A stretch of 64,000 bases of DNA from Marsupella aquatica (lineage: Eukaryota > Plantae > Marchantiophyta). Made by a program: the position numbers and the translations under genes. The notes below the pieces were generated by a model. That model did no database searches and was not told where the DNA came from. It saw nothing but the letters and a program-made list of their open reading frames with translations. Positions within the stretch are counted from its first letter, which is position 1; each line of letters starts with the position of its first letter. The stretch covers positions 4,141,659-4,205,658 of the forward strand of contig OZ316895.1 in assembly GCA_973895155.1 (NCBI GenBank), written 5' to 3'. Of the stretch, positions 12,140 through 22,695 are shown one piece after another.

Positions 12140-13764
12140 CTAATGATATCCTACCCATAATGATTACCTAAATACTGTCGTTATGCTAATAATAGCAGTC
12201 TAAGACACTCCTAACGCGCGTGCCGAGCGCAGTTAGACCGAATCACTCATTAACCGCCGTACCGGCGGCGTCACGATCTATATCCGAGAAAACATGTTCT
12301 TCAAGATTTTTTGGAGACAATTATTTCCTAGGGAAAATAATTTCTTAAAACTACTCCGACAAAAGGATCTACTGCTAACTGAGTAACCACTTGCACCGGC
12401 ATGCCCACCCTTCACACATCCTCTTAGAAGTACATTCTTCTCTTGGTAGGATAGCCCATAGTAATATGTGCGTTGTTTCGTCACATCCTGCAGACCCAAA
12501 TTCCTCAGACAAAAATTATCACAACATGGATACTTATAAATTTCTTTCATTTTGTTTCTATTCAATTTATCATTTATCACATTGTCTTTCCTAGTAATTC
12601 GGTCTCTATCTTTTTTACTAGGCTCATTTGACTTCTCTATAGACTGAAATCCGATGAGAACATTGGCATTTTCCTCTCCTTCAGGTACCTCGCGAATAGA
12701 TGCATCACTCTCTGCTGAGCTACCATCCTCCACAGGTCTCCTCGACGCATTTAGAGGGGCACTGAAAAGGTGACTAAAACTATTCCCTTCTACAGCTCCT
12801 TCTAAACATTCAGACACAACTTGTGCTATGATATTGGATTCTCTATCTCCTTCCTGATCTTCGTCCTCTGATCCACTCGACTCATCTGAAAACACAATTG
12901 GACTCTGTGGCTCTCTATACATAACCCGAACACCACTAAGACCTCTCCTTGACACTTGGAGCCTGGAACCAATCACAGTCCGCCCTGGAGAACTTGGAGA
13001 ATCTGGAACTTTGAACGGTGAACTATTCACACGTGCAGTCCCAACAACTCCGTGAGCTGCAGGAAAATTGAGCACTTGTTGACCATGATTCCCACGGACC
13101 ATTCGGGAAAGGGCCAAGTCTGGACTTCGCAATCCAATTCCCTCGGTTGCTCGCACGTCCAATCCAGGCAATGCAAAGATTGATCGTCGTATCGGTCTTT
13201 GTATTTCTACCTCCTGATTCTCACCCGGAGACTGAAAGATCCGTCGTTGAACGTGTGTTGAATGTGGCGACTTGAATGCTGAGTGCGATACACGTATCGG
13301 TTGCCGGATACCCTCTCCATAACCCGGGATGGATGGCCTGAAGTGACGTCTCGGACCTAAACCTGGGATTGTAATTTTCTCATTCCTTGGCGATGGAACA
13401 CTCAAGAGATGACGCTTCTCAGGTTTACTAGGCGACACATAGTAAGAACTGGGCTCAGGACCAGAACTTGCATCAGAATCTGAATGAGCGTCAGAAAATT
13501 CAGGCACTATCTGCTATGAGAGAGGTAGAGCTTTAAGTATGCGACTTAGCAAATAGCAAGCGACAACATTAGGAGAGGATTCAACTGAACTTGAAGGTGA
13601 ATCTGTGTCTGATTGAGACATGGCTATCCGAGACACTATGGGGCTTTGCATTCCTCCCTCAATCAGGGAAAACGAATGGCTCAACCGACAAAATGTTGCT
13701 CCAAGAACACAACTCCCGAAACTCTACTATGGATAATGACGCCAAAAACTTATCGGCGGTGACC

Positions 13765-13814
13765 TTTTTATAGTGTCTGTTGAGGGGTTGGCCCACGTGG
13801 CCACTTTTGATTGG
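13765..13814 (-). promoter_or_regulatory. Putative transposase promoter
   Basis: TATAAAAA at 13772-13765, G-box CACGTG at 13794-13799 and CCAAT at 13814-13810, about 150 bp upstream of ATG 13621. Confidence 0.5.
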
Positions 13815-13906
13815 CCGTCTTGCTAAACGACAAAATAGCAAAGAAGGGTATATTTCTTGGATTTCCAATATGATTCTTACACGTGCATCGTGGAGAAATT
13901 ATGTAG

Positions 13907-14365
13907 TTTTGAAATTGCAGCGATAAATTTATCTGATGTTGGTATTGCAAAAAGTATTTCGTTCATATGGAAAGTTTGCAATTTTGAAATTGCAGCGATA
14001 AATTTATCTGATGTTGGTATTGCAAAAAGTGTTTCCTTCATATGGAAAGTTTGCAATTTTGAAATTGCAGCGATAAATTTATCTGATGTTGGTATTGCAA
14101 AAAGTGTTTCCTTCATATGGAAAGTTTGCAATTTTGAAATTGCAACGATAAATTTATCTGATGTTGGTATTGCAAAAAGTGTTTCCTTCATATGGAAAGT
14201 TTGCAATTTTGAAATTGCAACGATAAATTTATCTGATGTTGGTATTGCAAAAAGTGTTTCCTTCATATGGAAAGTTTGCAATTTTGAAATTGCAACGATA
14301 AATTTATCTGATGTTGGTATTGCAAAAAGTATTTTCTTAATATGGATAGTTGCAATTTTGAAATT
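13907..14365. repeat. Tandem array, 6 x 75 bp, each unit carrying CGATAAATTTATC
   Basis: The motif recurs with an exact 75-bp period from 13921 to 14296 and the units are nearly identical. Confidence 0.95.
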
Positions 14366-15890
14366 TAACCGATGAACCGAAGGATCTTAGTATTGTCGGC
14401 AAGTATTTTTGCCGTTCGGAGTTGCCGCGATAATTTTATCGGACTACGCATTGTTGTTGAGACAACGGCATGTTGACTATGCATGTATGTGGTTACTATG
14501 GTCAATTGTGGAGGTAACTGCAAGGTAAGTTTGACAAACTATGTAGTAATTTCTTATTGACTGTGATGTAAAATAGTTACGGTAAATAACCAAAAACTGG
14601 GGAAATTGAGATTCGATCGGAACTTTCATGGTTGAAATCCAAAGTCCGATATAGGTATCGGACTTTGTTTGAAAAGTGGATATGGACTTCTAGATAAGAT
14701 GTTTCATATATCTTCACAGAGCGTGAATATGAGGTTGTGGCGAACGTTTTTTGGATCTAATTTTTCCTTGATAAATTGAATGTTTGTGACCATTAATTTC
14801 AGTGGTTCGGACCATTCCTGAATTTCCTGATTCAATCCGAACTCCGATACAAATTACATTATTTCCCCAAAACCTGTTTTTGATAAAAAAAACCATCGAT
14901 TTTGCGAGATTCGGTAGAAAATGAAAACACACTTCTCGTTTGCGGAAATAGTTCTCGTTCGATCGGAAATTGTGTTCTTACAAGACTGCAAATTAGAAAG
15001 TAATCTTTTTTTCTGAAGAATAGCCAAACCTTTTTCACTCATGTGGCCCAAACGAAAATGCCACAGCCGGGCCGTCTCCTCATGAGATAAGGTTACATTG
15101 GCTTCATCACATACTACACTGCCCTCCAAAATGTATAAATTGCTATGTCTCTTTCCCTTCAATACAACTTTAGTACCAGTTGAAACCTGAAGGACACCAT
15201 TAGCAGAGCTCCACTGATGGCCATTTGCTTCTAAAACTCCAAGTGAAATGAGATTTTTCATCATGCTAGAAATATGTCTCACATTCCTCAACGTTCTCAC
15301 AACACCATCAAACATCTGAAATCTTACAGATCCAAGTCCAACAACTTGACATGGGATTCCATTTCCCATCAACACTGACCCGTTGGAAACCGTGTAAGAA
15401 CTGAAAAAATCTATTCTAGAGCAAATGTGAAAAGTACATGCACTATCTAGAATCCAGTCATCACTACCTGGATTTGACACTACATTGAGAGCATAACCTT
15501 GACATCACAATATGTCATCATCATCGAGTAAATCTACCTCATGCGAGCTCGATGCCGCATTAGCAGAGGTAGTAGGGACCTTTACTCAACAATCCCTTTT
15601 CATGTGGCCAGGCTTGCCACAATTCCACCATGCAAGAGGCTTCCTCTCTTGCGATTTCCCTTTGGATTTAGATCTCCCCCGTGATGTAGATCTAAACCTG
15701 TTCTGCCCATTCGTGCGCTGCGCTGCTCTTCCCCTGTTCACATTGAGTGCAGTGCCAGAAGAAGATGCTGTCTGTGATTGACCCAGCTTCTTCTGAGCAT
15801 CATCGGACAGTAATGAGCTCACCATCTCATTATACGAAATGGACTTAAGATCTCTATACAAGAGCACCTGTTTCAAGCCCTGATATGACG

Positions 15891-16073
15891 CTCGGGGGTT
15901 TCACTTCCACAAAAATGGCATATCATGTGCGACGAAGGATATGGTCATTTTATTGGTTGTAAGGGAAGACTTAAGAATTTTTGTAGAAGAACAATAGGGT
16001 CTTTTAAATTCAATTTTGAGACTTATAAGAATAGTAGGGCCTTTTTAATCCAATTTTTGGAATATTCCAAGAA
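15891..16073. mobile_element. Truncated MITE family A inside copia gag
   Basis: One TIR (CTCGGGGGTTTCACT) and ~180 bp of the body. The other end and some flanking gag codons are deleted. Confidence 0.9.
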
Positions 16074-16799
16074 GTCAAATTCATCCAGGTGATCCTGCAT
16101 CTTGCTCCCTTCCTTGAGCCTGAGGCTCATCAAGAGAGACTTCTTGTACAGCTGGTATGACGCATCTCCCCGATAGTACTTCTCTCTTAGAGCCTTGAAC
16201 AGTGATGCACAATCCGCATAATCATCCAGCTGCTTGATGATGTGCGGCTTGAGATATAGCATCACTACATTGACAGCAATCACCTGCTCCTGTCTCCATT
16301 GCTTCTCTGAGATCTCCTCTTCTCCATCATACTGCTCTCGCGAAGAGAGCAGATGAGCTAAGCCCATTGCGCGAAGAACACCCTTCACTTGCTTCTCCCA
16401 CAACAAGTAATCAGTACAACCATCGTACTTTTCCACCTCAAACTTAACTCCTCCAAATCTAGCCATCTGCCTCTTCTTCCCCACTACCGATAGCTCTGGT
16501 TGTAGAACAGCTTCCTCCACTGCACGCCGCACCGATGATCGTACTGGTGTCACTAGTTCCTCCTCAAACGGTAGCAGCTCGTCCTCTGACTCTCTGTCTG
16601 AACGTCGCGATCCTAAAGCTCCACCAACGCCAATTCTTCCAGTATTCTCCGAGTCACTCATATGAAACAATTACTAAAAAATATCTTTTTTTGAAACTTT
16701 TCATAAAACTCAAAAAACTCAACACCGCCGCGTAGCCCACGAAGCTAGGAGTCCAAACATTGAAAAACAAAAAATCAAAACCAAAATCCATTGAGAGGC

Positions 16800-17135
16800 C
16801 ACAGGCCGTGGGTGGTGGGTGCAAGCCAAGCTTCCAAGATGATCTCACACGGACCATGGGTCGTAGGCTATCCGCCCCCAAACTCAATAATAATCAAGAC
16901 CCCTCACAGACCGTGGGTCGTGGGTACATGCCTACCCAGGCATACCCACATGACTCACGAACCGTGGGTTGTGGGATATCTTCTCACTAAAATCAAAACC
17001 TCATGGACCGTGGGTCGTGAGCTCACTACTCACTCAAGCCAAGACCTCACCACCTGTGGGTCGTGAGCTCACTGCTCACTCAAGCCAAGACCTCACCACC
17101 TGTGGTCGTGAGCTCACTACTCACACAAGCCAAGC
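16800..17135. repeat. Degenerate tandem repeats in the copia 5' UTR
   Basis: Recurring CCGTGGGTCGTG(A/G)G units, with three ~46-bp copies at 17008-17135. Confidence 0.75.
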
Positions 17136-18119
17136 GCTAAATATGGCGGAAATTACGGACAAAGTACTATTTCTTAATTTGTCATTTTCTCTGTGCCCTA
17201 AGTCATAGTTGCACCTCGCCTTTCTGCAGTGCCAAATTGTCGTTTCCAACGAGAAAAGTGAACGCCACCGACCGGAAATGTTGCCGAATTGCATCGGCAC
17301 AGTCTGTAGCTCCAGCAGAGAAAAAACCTTCCGCCGCGTCGCCTTCACTTCGCGTCAAGTGCCAATCCCGGGCTCAAAATTACCGCCTTGCCGCGATCAA
17401 ACCGTTGAGCCGAGGCACTTCGCGTTTCTTCCACCGAGTCGGACATCACGAAGAGAAACCCGGTTCAGATGTGAACTCGGTAACAACTCGACAGCAACTC
17501 AGCTACCGAAATGACCAGCTCGCTTCAACCTTCAACTTGAGCTATAATGTGTGATCCCCCGAACACCGCACAACTCACACCGTTGAAAAACGCAAACTCT
17601 GGTCTCTCCCCCGAAAAGCCGTCGAACACGGATAAAACCTGAACAACACAAATTTCAATTCCTCCGCACCATGGATACCGATCAGCGAGTTCTAACCACC
17701 GTTAGAAAGCCCTCTCACTAACCTATCCGCACAGCCACATACATTTGAGTTTCATGCGACGAAACTCTGAATGTACCACCGACAATGAACGCTGGAAAAA
17801 ACCTGTCACGATAAAACCTCGTCACCTCCCAGGCATGCTCTGACGACATAGACGACATTCGCAACTGCAAGCCCATGAACCATCCAATGCACAATAGCCG
17901 ACACAGAGAGATACGTGGTTCACCTCCACATGAGGCTATGTCCACGGGAACATACAAGAGCTTTACTGCACTCTAGGTTGGCCGGCCATACCAAGCATCC
18001 ACAGCACAAGCTCGCCCTATCTCTCAACTAGCTCCGTAACAATGAGCCTAAGTTTCACCAGGGTCGGGCATCAGCCCTGACTATATGCACAACAGCACTA
18101 CCGCTAACATTAGCTAAGT

Positions 18120-18410
18120 CTCGGGGGTTTCACTTCCACAAAAATGGCATATCACGTGCGACGAAGGATAGGGTCATTTTATTGGTTCTAAGGGAAGACT
18201 TAAGAATTTTTGTAGAAGAACAATAGGATCTTTTAAATTCAATTTTGAGACTTATAAGAACATTAGGGTCTTTTTAATGTAACTTTTAGAATATTCCAAG
18301 AATATTCCAACTTTATAGGGGTTTAAAAAAAATTTCTTACATTTTAAGGGGTCCGAGACCTAAAAACGTCGCATGCGATGGGGAGGTCCCCATATAGTGA
18401 GACCCCTGAG
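18120..18410. mobile_element. MITE family A, 291 bp, inside the copia LTR
   Basis: Both TIRs present. Perfect 8-bp TSD AGCTAAGT (18112-18119, 18411-18418). Confidence 0.95.
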
Positions 18411-18559
18411 AGCTAAGTCCTAACCCGAGTTAGCCTAACTGTAATTAGCTCATGAGTCACAAGACTAGAGCAATATCTAACAATAGACTCCTTCTCTAGG
18501 GTGCAATGCCCCTTCCATAACTTCCAAATTGTAATCCCATGTAAAATGTTCTAGAGCTT

Positions 18560-18760
18560 AAAATGGATACCATAATTTGGAAGTTTGGCACCAAGAATAA
18601 CATGAATAGCAGCCATCAAATTGAAAATTAGAAGCCTCCGGCCAGACAGTACGCTTGATAATAATGGAAATCGAAGACCAAATCTTCTGGGATATTGGAC
18701 ACATCCATAAACAATATACAATATCTTCATGAGCACGCAAGTCACATCTGATGCAGGGGT
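18560..18760 (-). pseudogene. LINE (L1-type) ORF2 zf-RVT remnant
   Basis: CIRCDLRAHEDIVYCLWMCPISQKIW resembles the C-x2-C...E...H..C...W zinc knuckle downstream of L1 reverse transcriptase. Confidence 0.55.
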
Positions 18761-21369
18761 GGTGAATTGTCTTAGTTAACCCTATTTGTGGTAAGCTGTC
18801 CAATTGACCAAGTGGGGCTGCTTAGTTCAATAATTACGTTAGTTTCTGTAATGAACTATCTTAACTATATCTGTAGTTGTCCAATTGACCAAAGAGGCCA
18901 ACTTCTTTAGTGATTACATTAGTTTAAGTGAATTATCGTAACCGTATTCGTAGTTGGCATTCCAGTGGTAGGGGCAGTAAGCACTTATTTGCTACCCTTT
19001 GTGGATCAGGTTTTTAAAAGTATCATTTCTTAATTCAAGACTCACAGAAGATTGCGCTCGAATTGAGTGAGTGGTCTGCGTCTCGTAGACCACACTGGTC
19101 CAGGTAGTTGCTGCTCTGATGACTAGTCTGAGAGAGGAACACATTCTACGTAATTATTCGTTTTGGGTTATGGAGATTGCTTCGTTGATGGCCGGCAATG
19201 CGATCGAGAAGGGGCTATACTTCCCCCCTCTGTCTTTCTCGGGAACATGTGAAGTCGCTCCCAAAAACGAGTGGTCGAATTCCTTGTGCACACCATGGCC
19301 CAAACAGCTAGTACCCCACTTGGCAGAGCTTATTCGTCCATGCACAGATCGTTCGTCCATGCCCAGATCATCTCATCCTCCCCCAAACATGCCTCTGTGG
19401 GGCAGCACTGTACTGCTACTAGCTCGCCTCTCGTGGATGCTCTGGGGAATAATACTGACAGCAAGCTGTCTGTTAGAGTAGATTGTATGATCTACGTTCA
19501 AGTTGGGCATCGGGCTGCCTCATGTTTAGTTTATGTTATTTGGGCTACAAGGTGCACACCTGCCCAGCTACTCTTGGAACCCACTGATGATACCTACTGT
19601 ACTTCAAAGTACAAAACTCTGACCTGTGTTCCAGAATGGTGTTCAGAGAATATCCACAGGGACCTCACTTCAAAGCGAAACGATGTAACTGTACCTGAGT
19701 GTGAGGTGAGGATTGCTAAAATAATGAAAGAAAATTGCGTGAGTTGTGCGTTAACAAACTGGAGGATGCTGAAGATTATCTTTACCTTTTTGTCTTGAGA
19801 TGGGCATTTGCACGTACGAGTTACACAAGTCTACCAGTGTCTGAGGTGAAGGGCGCCGCCAAAAGCAATATATGCCCTCACAAGCAGCATTCCAGGAAAG
19901 TTCTCGTTGAAGTCTGACTCCAAAGTCTTGATCAGATAACCAGACCAGGGAATAATATTACGTACAACATATAAAGTGTGGGGCTAGCCGCTCAACGAGC
20001 ATTCGTTCAACGGGAGCCCTTACCTTGAAACTTGGGCCAATTTCTAGCACAACCTTCTTCTTTTTTAATTTAGAAACGTGAGTTACTACAGTTTAAACTA
20101 CCGTAAACAATTTTCTAAGCAGATTTTTTGAACTCTATTTAGTAAAGGTTAGTGCAAGCCCAAGTCTGAAGCATTTGAAACACAAACTGATTAAGCTACA
20201 GTAACAAGGACCCTGCGTCTTTGAATATACATACAGTAGGTGGAGTTTTCTTCTCGCCAGTATGTCCACGGATAAGTGTGCTTTGTTTGATGCAGTCTAC
20301 ATGATTATTTCTTCTCATGTAGGAGGACTTTACGAAACGTATTATTTTTAGAATTTCATGATATGTAACTGGCATACAGTACAGTCGAATGCCCAGGTAC
20401 TGGAGCAGGTGTTGTAGGCTAGCAGCACCTGCAAACGGGCAATTAGATAGCTTCCCAGGATGTGGAAGCAGACGAACAAGATCGTATCTCGAAAACGATA
20501 TGTCCGTAGTTGTAGTTGAAGTTGACAAGTGGCAACAAATGCAAAGCTATAGCCTAACCTCACCATGTGCTCTTTGCCTTACCAGCTAAGGCCGCCAACC
20601 ACCCGTGTTGCTTGATCACAATAGAATTGAAGTTTTTTGTCAGTGGATAGTGGTTGCAATCGTCAATTAGACAAAACTATATAGGATTTCGGCGCCATAC
20701 AACATATGACAGCTCTCATATCACTGCAATCTCGTGAGAAAGCGAAAATCCCATAATTTGAATCCAAGTTTGACATTTCTGGTTTTTAGTAGTTGTGTTG
20801 GAAGTCAGAGCTTTTTAGAATTGCCAGGAAGGAATGGCATTCTGGTGGGGGCGGGGTGGGGGTCGGGTAGCTTGGAGGGGGCCGAATGCTAATATTCCGA
20901 CTTGGTGCAGCATTACTTTTACACGAGCATTCATGGTACGAAATGTGCGATCCTTTTTGTTTTGAACGGAAACGTTCACTCCGATCCTTTCAATCATCCA
21001 ATCCACCCAAAAGCGTCTCGCGACGATTCGTGCGTAAATTAAAGGTAGAGATTCCCGAGTTCACTGAGGGTCTAGATCTCAGCTTCGTTCGGCCATACCC
21101 ATCTCCAGCGAATTACTGTTAGTAGGATCGAATCGTCCTGTCTAGCTAGCTAGTTAGTCTGTCTCGAAGAACGTGACGATTTGGCTATGGACAGAACAGG
21201 TGGATACTGATGGAGACATCGGTCAAGGCCAGCTACTGTTTGCACTGTACGTTAATTCGTTGTTGGTCACAAGCACAAGGTGGCCTGGTGCGATAGATCG
21301 CTTGGGAAATCTTATCAAAGCATCATGCAGCCCGCTGGCTCAAATCTACCAGTGCCGTGATTTAGGCAG

Positions 21370-22695
21370 AAAATTCCACACAACAAAGTCGTTTTCGGAA
21401 GTTTTACCGTGAGTTGTACGTTTGCGACAACGCCATTACAGAATTCTACTACTACTGTACTCGATCCATAAGATCAGCCGACCTATCCACAGAATCTATA
21501 TGCGCTTCCGTGATTATGTGTACAGGTGTCAAGCATGTTGATTCAGCTGATTACTTCCCCACTCGGTGTCACTGAGAGAATTCTTTTTAGTCCTAACTAC
21601 TAGCTTTTCCAAGTATATACAGGGGTCCATTCTACAAAGACATGATATCAGATTCTTACGACGCTACCAAGAATGATGCAAAATCTTATAGATGAATTAC
21701 CTTAGCGCAGTCTATATCTAACTACTGTACTCATCCATCAGATCAGCAGACCAATCCATGCACAGATTGGATATGCGCTTGCGTGATTATGTTTACAGGT
21801 GTCAAGCACCCGATTCAGCTGATCACGGCCCTATCGTTGTCACTGAGAGAATTCTTTAATATGTATAATCCTAACGACTAGCTTTTCAAAGGACAGGGGT
21901 CCATTCTACAACTTACTACATCATATCAGATTCTTACGACGCTACCAAGAATGATGGGAAATCTTATCAATCAGTCACGCAGCAAGCTGGCCTGATTCAA
22001 CCAGTCCGTGTCGTGATCTGGGCAGGACATTCCACACAAACAAAGTCGTTTTCAGAGTGTTTACCGTAAGTTGTTTGTGACAATACCAGTACAACAGTCA
22101 ACCACTACTGTACTCATCCATAAGATTAGCCGACCGATGCACAGAATTGTAGATGCTCTACCTTGATTATGTGTACACGTGTAAATCATATAGATTCAGC
22201 TAATTACTTCTCCCATTACCTCCCCCAATTACTCCCCCAGTCGGTGTCACTGAGAGAATTCTTTATAATACTACCGACCAGCTTTTCAAAGTACAGGAGG
22301 ACCATTCAACAAAGAATGATCTCAGATTCTTACGACCCTACAAAGAATGATGGGAAATCTCATCAATGAGTCACGCAGCCCCCCTGGCCCAATTCAATCA
22401 GTCAGTGTCGTGATATGGGCAGAAAATTCCACATTAACAAAGTCGTTCTCTGAAGTCTTACTGTAAGTTTGCATGAGATAACGCCAGTACACTATTGTAC
22501 TCAATCCATGTAACTATACGATCAGCCCACCATTGTGTGTTCTAGACCACGGCTAGCTGTCCATCTGTACAGCATGTCAATTCAGCTAATCACTTCTCCA
22601 ATCGTGTCACTGAGAACTAACTAGCTTTCCAAAGTACAGGCTCTTACTCTACAACCACATGATGTCAGATTCTTGCGAGGCTACAAAGAACAATG
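21370..22695. repeat. Four degenerate tandem copies of a ~270-400-bp unit
   Basis: Blocks ACTACTGTACTC.TCCAT, GTCACTGAGAGAATTCTTT and CAGATTCTTACGAC recur in the same order four times (for example ~21568, 21839, 22246, 22605). Confidence 0.8.

Larger units (their letters stand above)
7787..12275 (-). mobile_element. Internally deleted Ty3/gypsy (Athila/Tat-like) LTR retrotransposon
   Basis: 5-bp TSD ATCTG/ATCTA (7782-7786, 12276-12280). The 136-bp LTR start at 12275-12140 recurs at 11792-11657 with 4 mismatches. An integrase C-terminus (KLHTRWLGPF) and PPT-like AAGCAGGGAG lie just before the second copy. Confidence 0.85.
5222..13621 (-). pseudogene. DDD/DDE transposase (DUF7869/Sola-like), disrupted by an LTR element, a MITE, stops and frameshifts
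   Basis: ATG at 13621, introns 13567-13511 and 7455-7144. The frame rejoins across the 7787-12275 insertion (MFSRI-Q-IDTF) and across MITE 5670-5967 (MEPIL-VDKIAG). Motifs CCDNFC, FSTCAPC, CIDGMDQ, LQLDN..ENKN and GHTHDQIDQMFS. Superfamily assignment is from memory of the motifs. Confidence 0.8.
729..14667. promoter_or_regulatory. Dispersed palindromic motif CGATA-N4-TATCG (consensus CGATAAATTTATCG), about 18 copies
   Basis: Copies start at 729, 824, 948, 4867, 4897, 5038, 7185, 7250, 7326, 7414, 13921, 13996, 14071, 14146, 14221, 14296, 14428 and 14647. 945-964 is a perfect 20-bp palindrome and 14640-14667 has 12-bp arms. A protein-binding role is inference. Confidence 0.75.
1..14976. mobile_element. 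Large DNA transposon (DUF7869/Sola-like DDD transposase) with cargo genes; left end outside the window, right end about 14976
   Basis: Contains a transposase pseudogene (-) and a ParB-MTase pseudogene (+). An element-wide CGATA-N4-TATCG motif runs from 729 to 14667. The sequence switches abruptly into copia pol at ~14977, located by comparison with the intact copia at ~61238. TIR and TSD cannot be verified because the other end is missing. Confidence 0.7.
14977..18482 (-). mobile_element. Degenerate Ty1/copia element, 5' half (LTR ~17845-18482, UTR, gag, protease, GAG-pre-integrase)
   Basis: gag from ~16662 (KFEVEKYDG..YLLWEKQVK), zinc-knuckle remnant WWNCGKPGHMKRDC, protease WILDSACTFH, LWHFRLGHMSEKG. 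LTR is homologous to 57844-58300 and the PBS is partly deleted. Confidence 0.9.

Noticed and set aside
13857-14375. 172-aa and 134-aa repetitive ORFs; CRISPR-like appearance
   Set aside because: They are translations of the 75-bp tandem array. There are no unique spacers or cas genes and the context is eukaryotic.
14854-15480. 208-aa ORF as an intact protein
   Set aside because: It is a chimera of copia protease reading into the DNA transposon terminus.
19119-19917. 120-aa and 175-aa ORFs
   Set aside because: No convincing motif or splice structure. They may be a decayed gene fragment but cannot be supported.
20844-20882. G-rich tract with G-quadruplex potential
   Set aside because: A single short tract with no linked feature.
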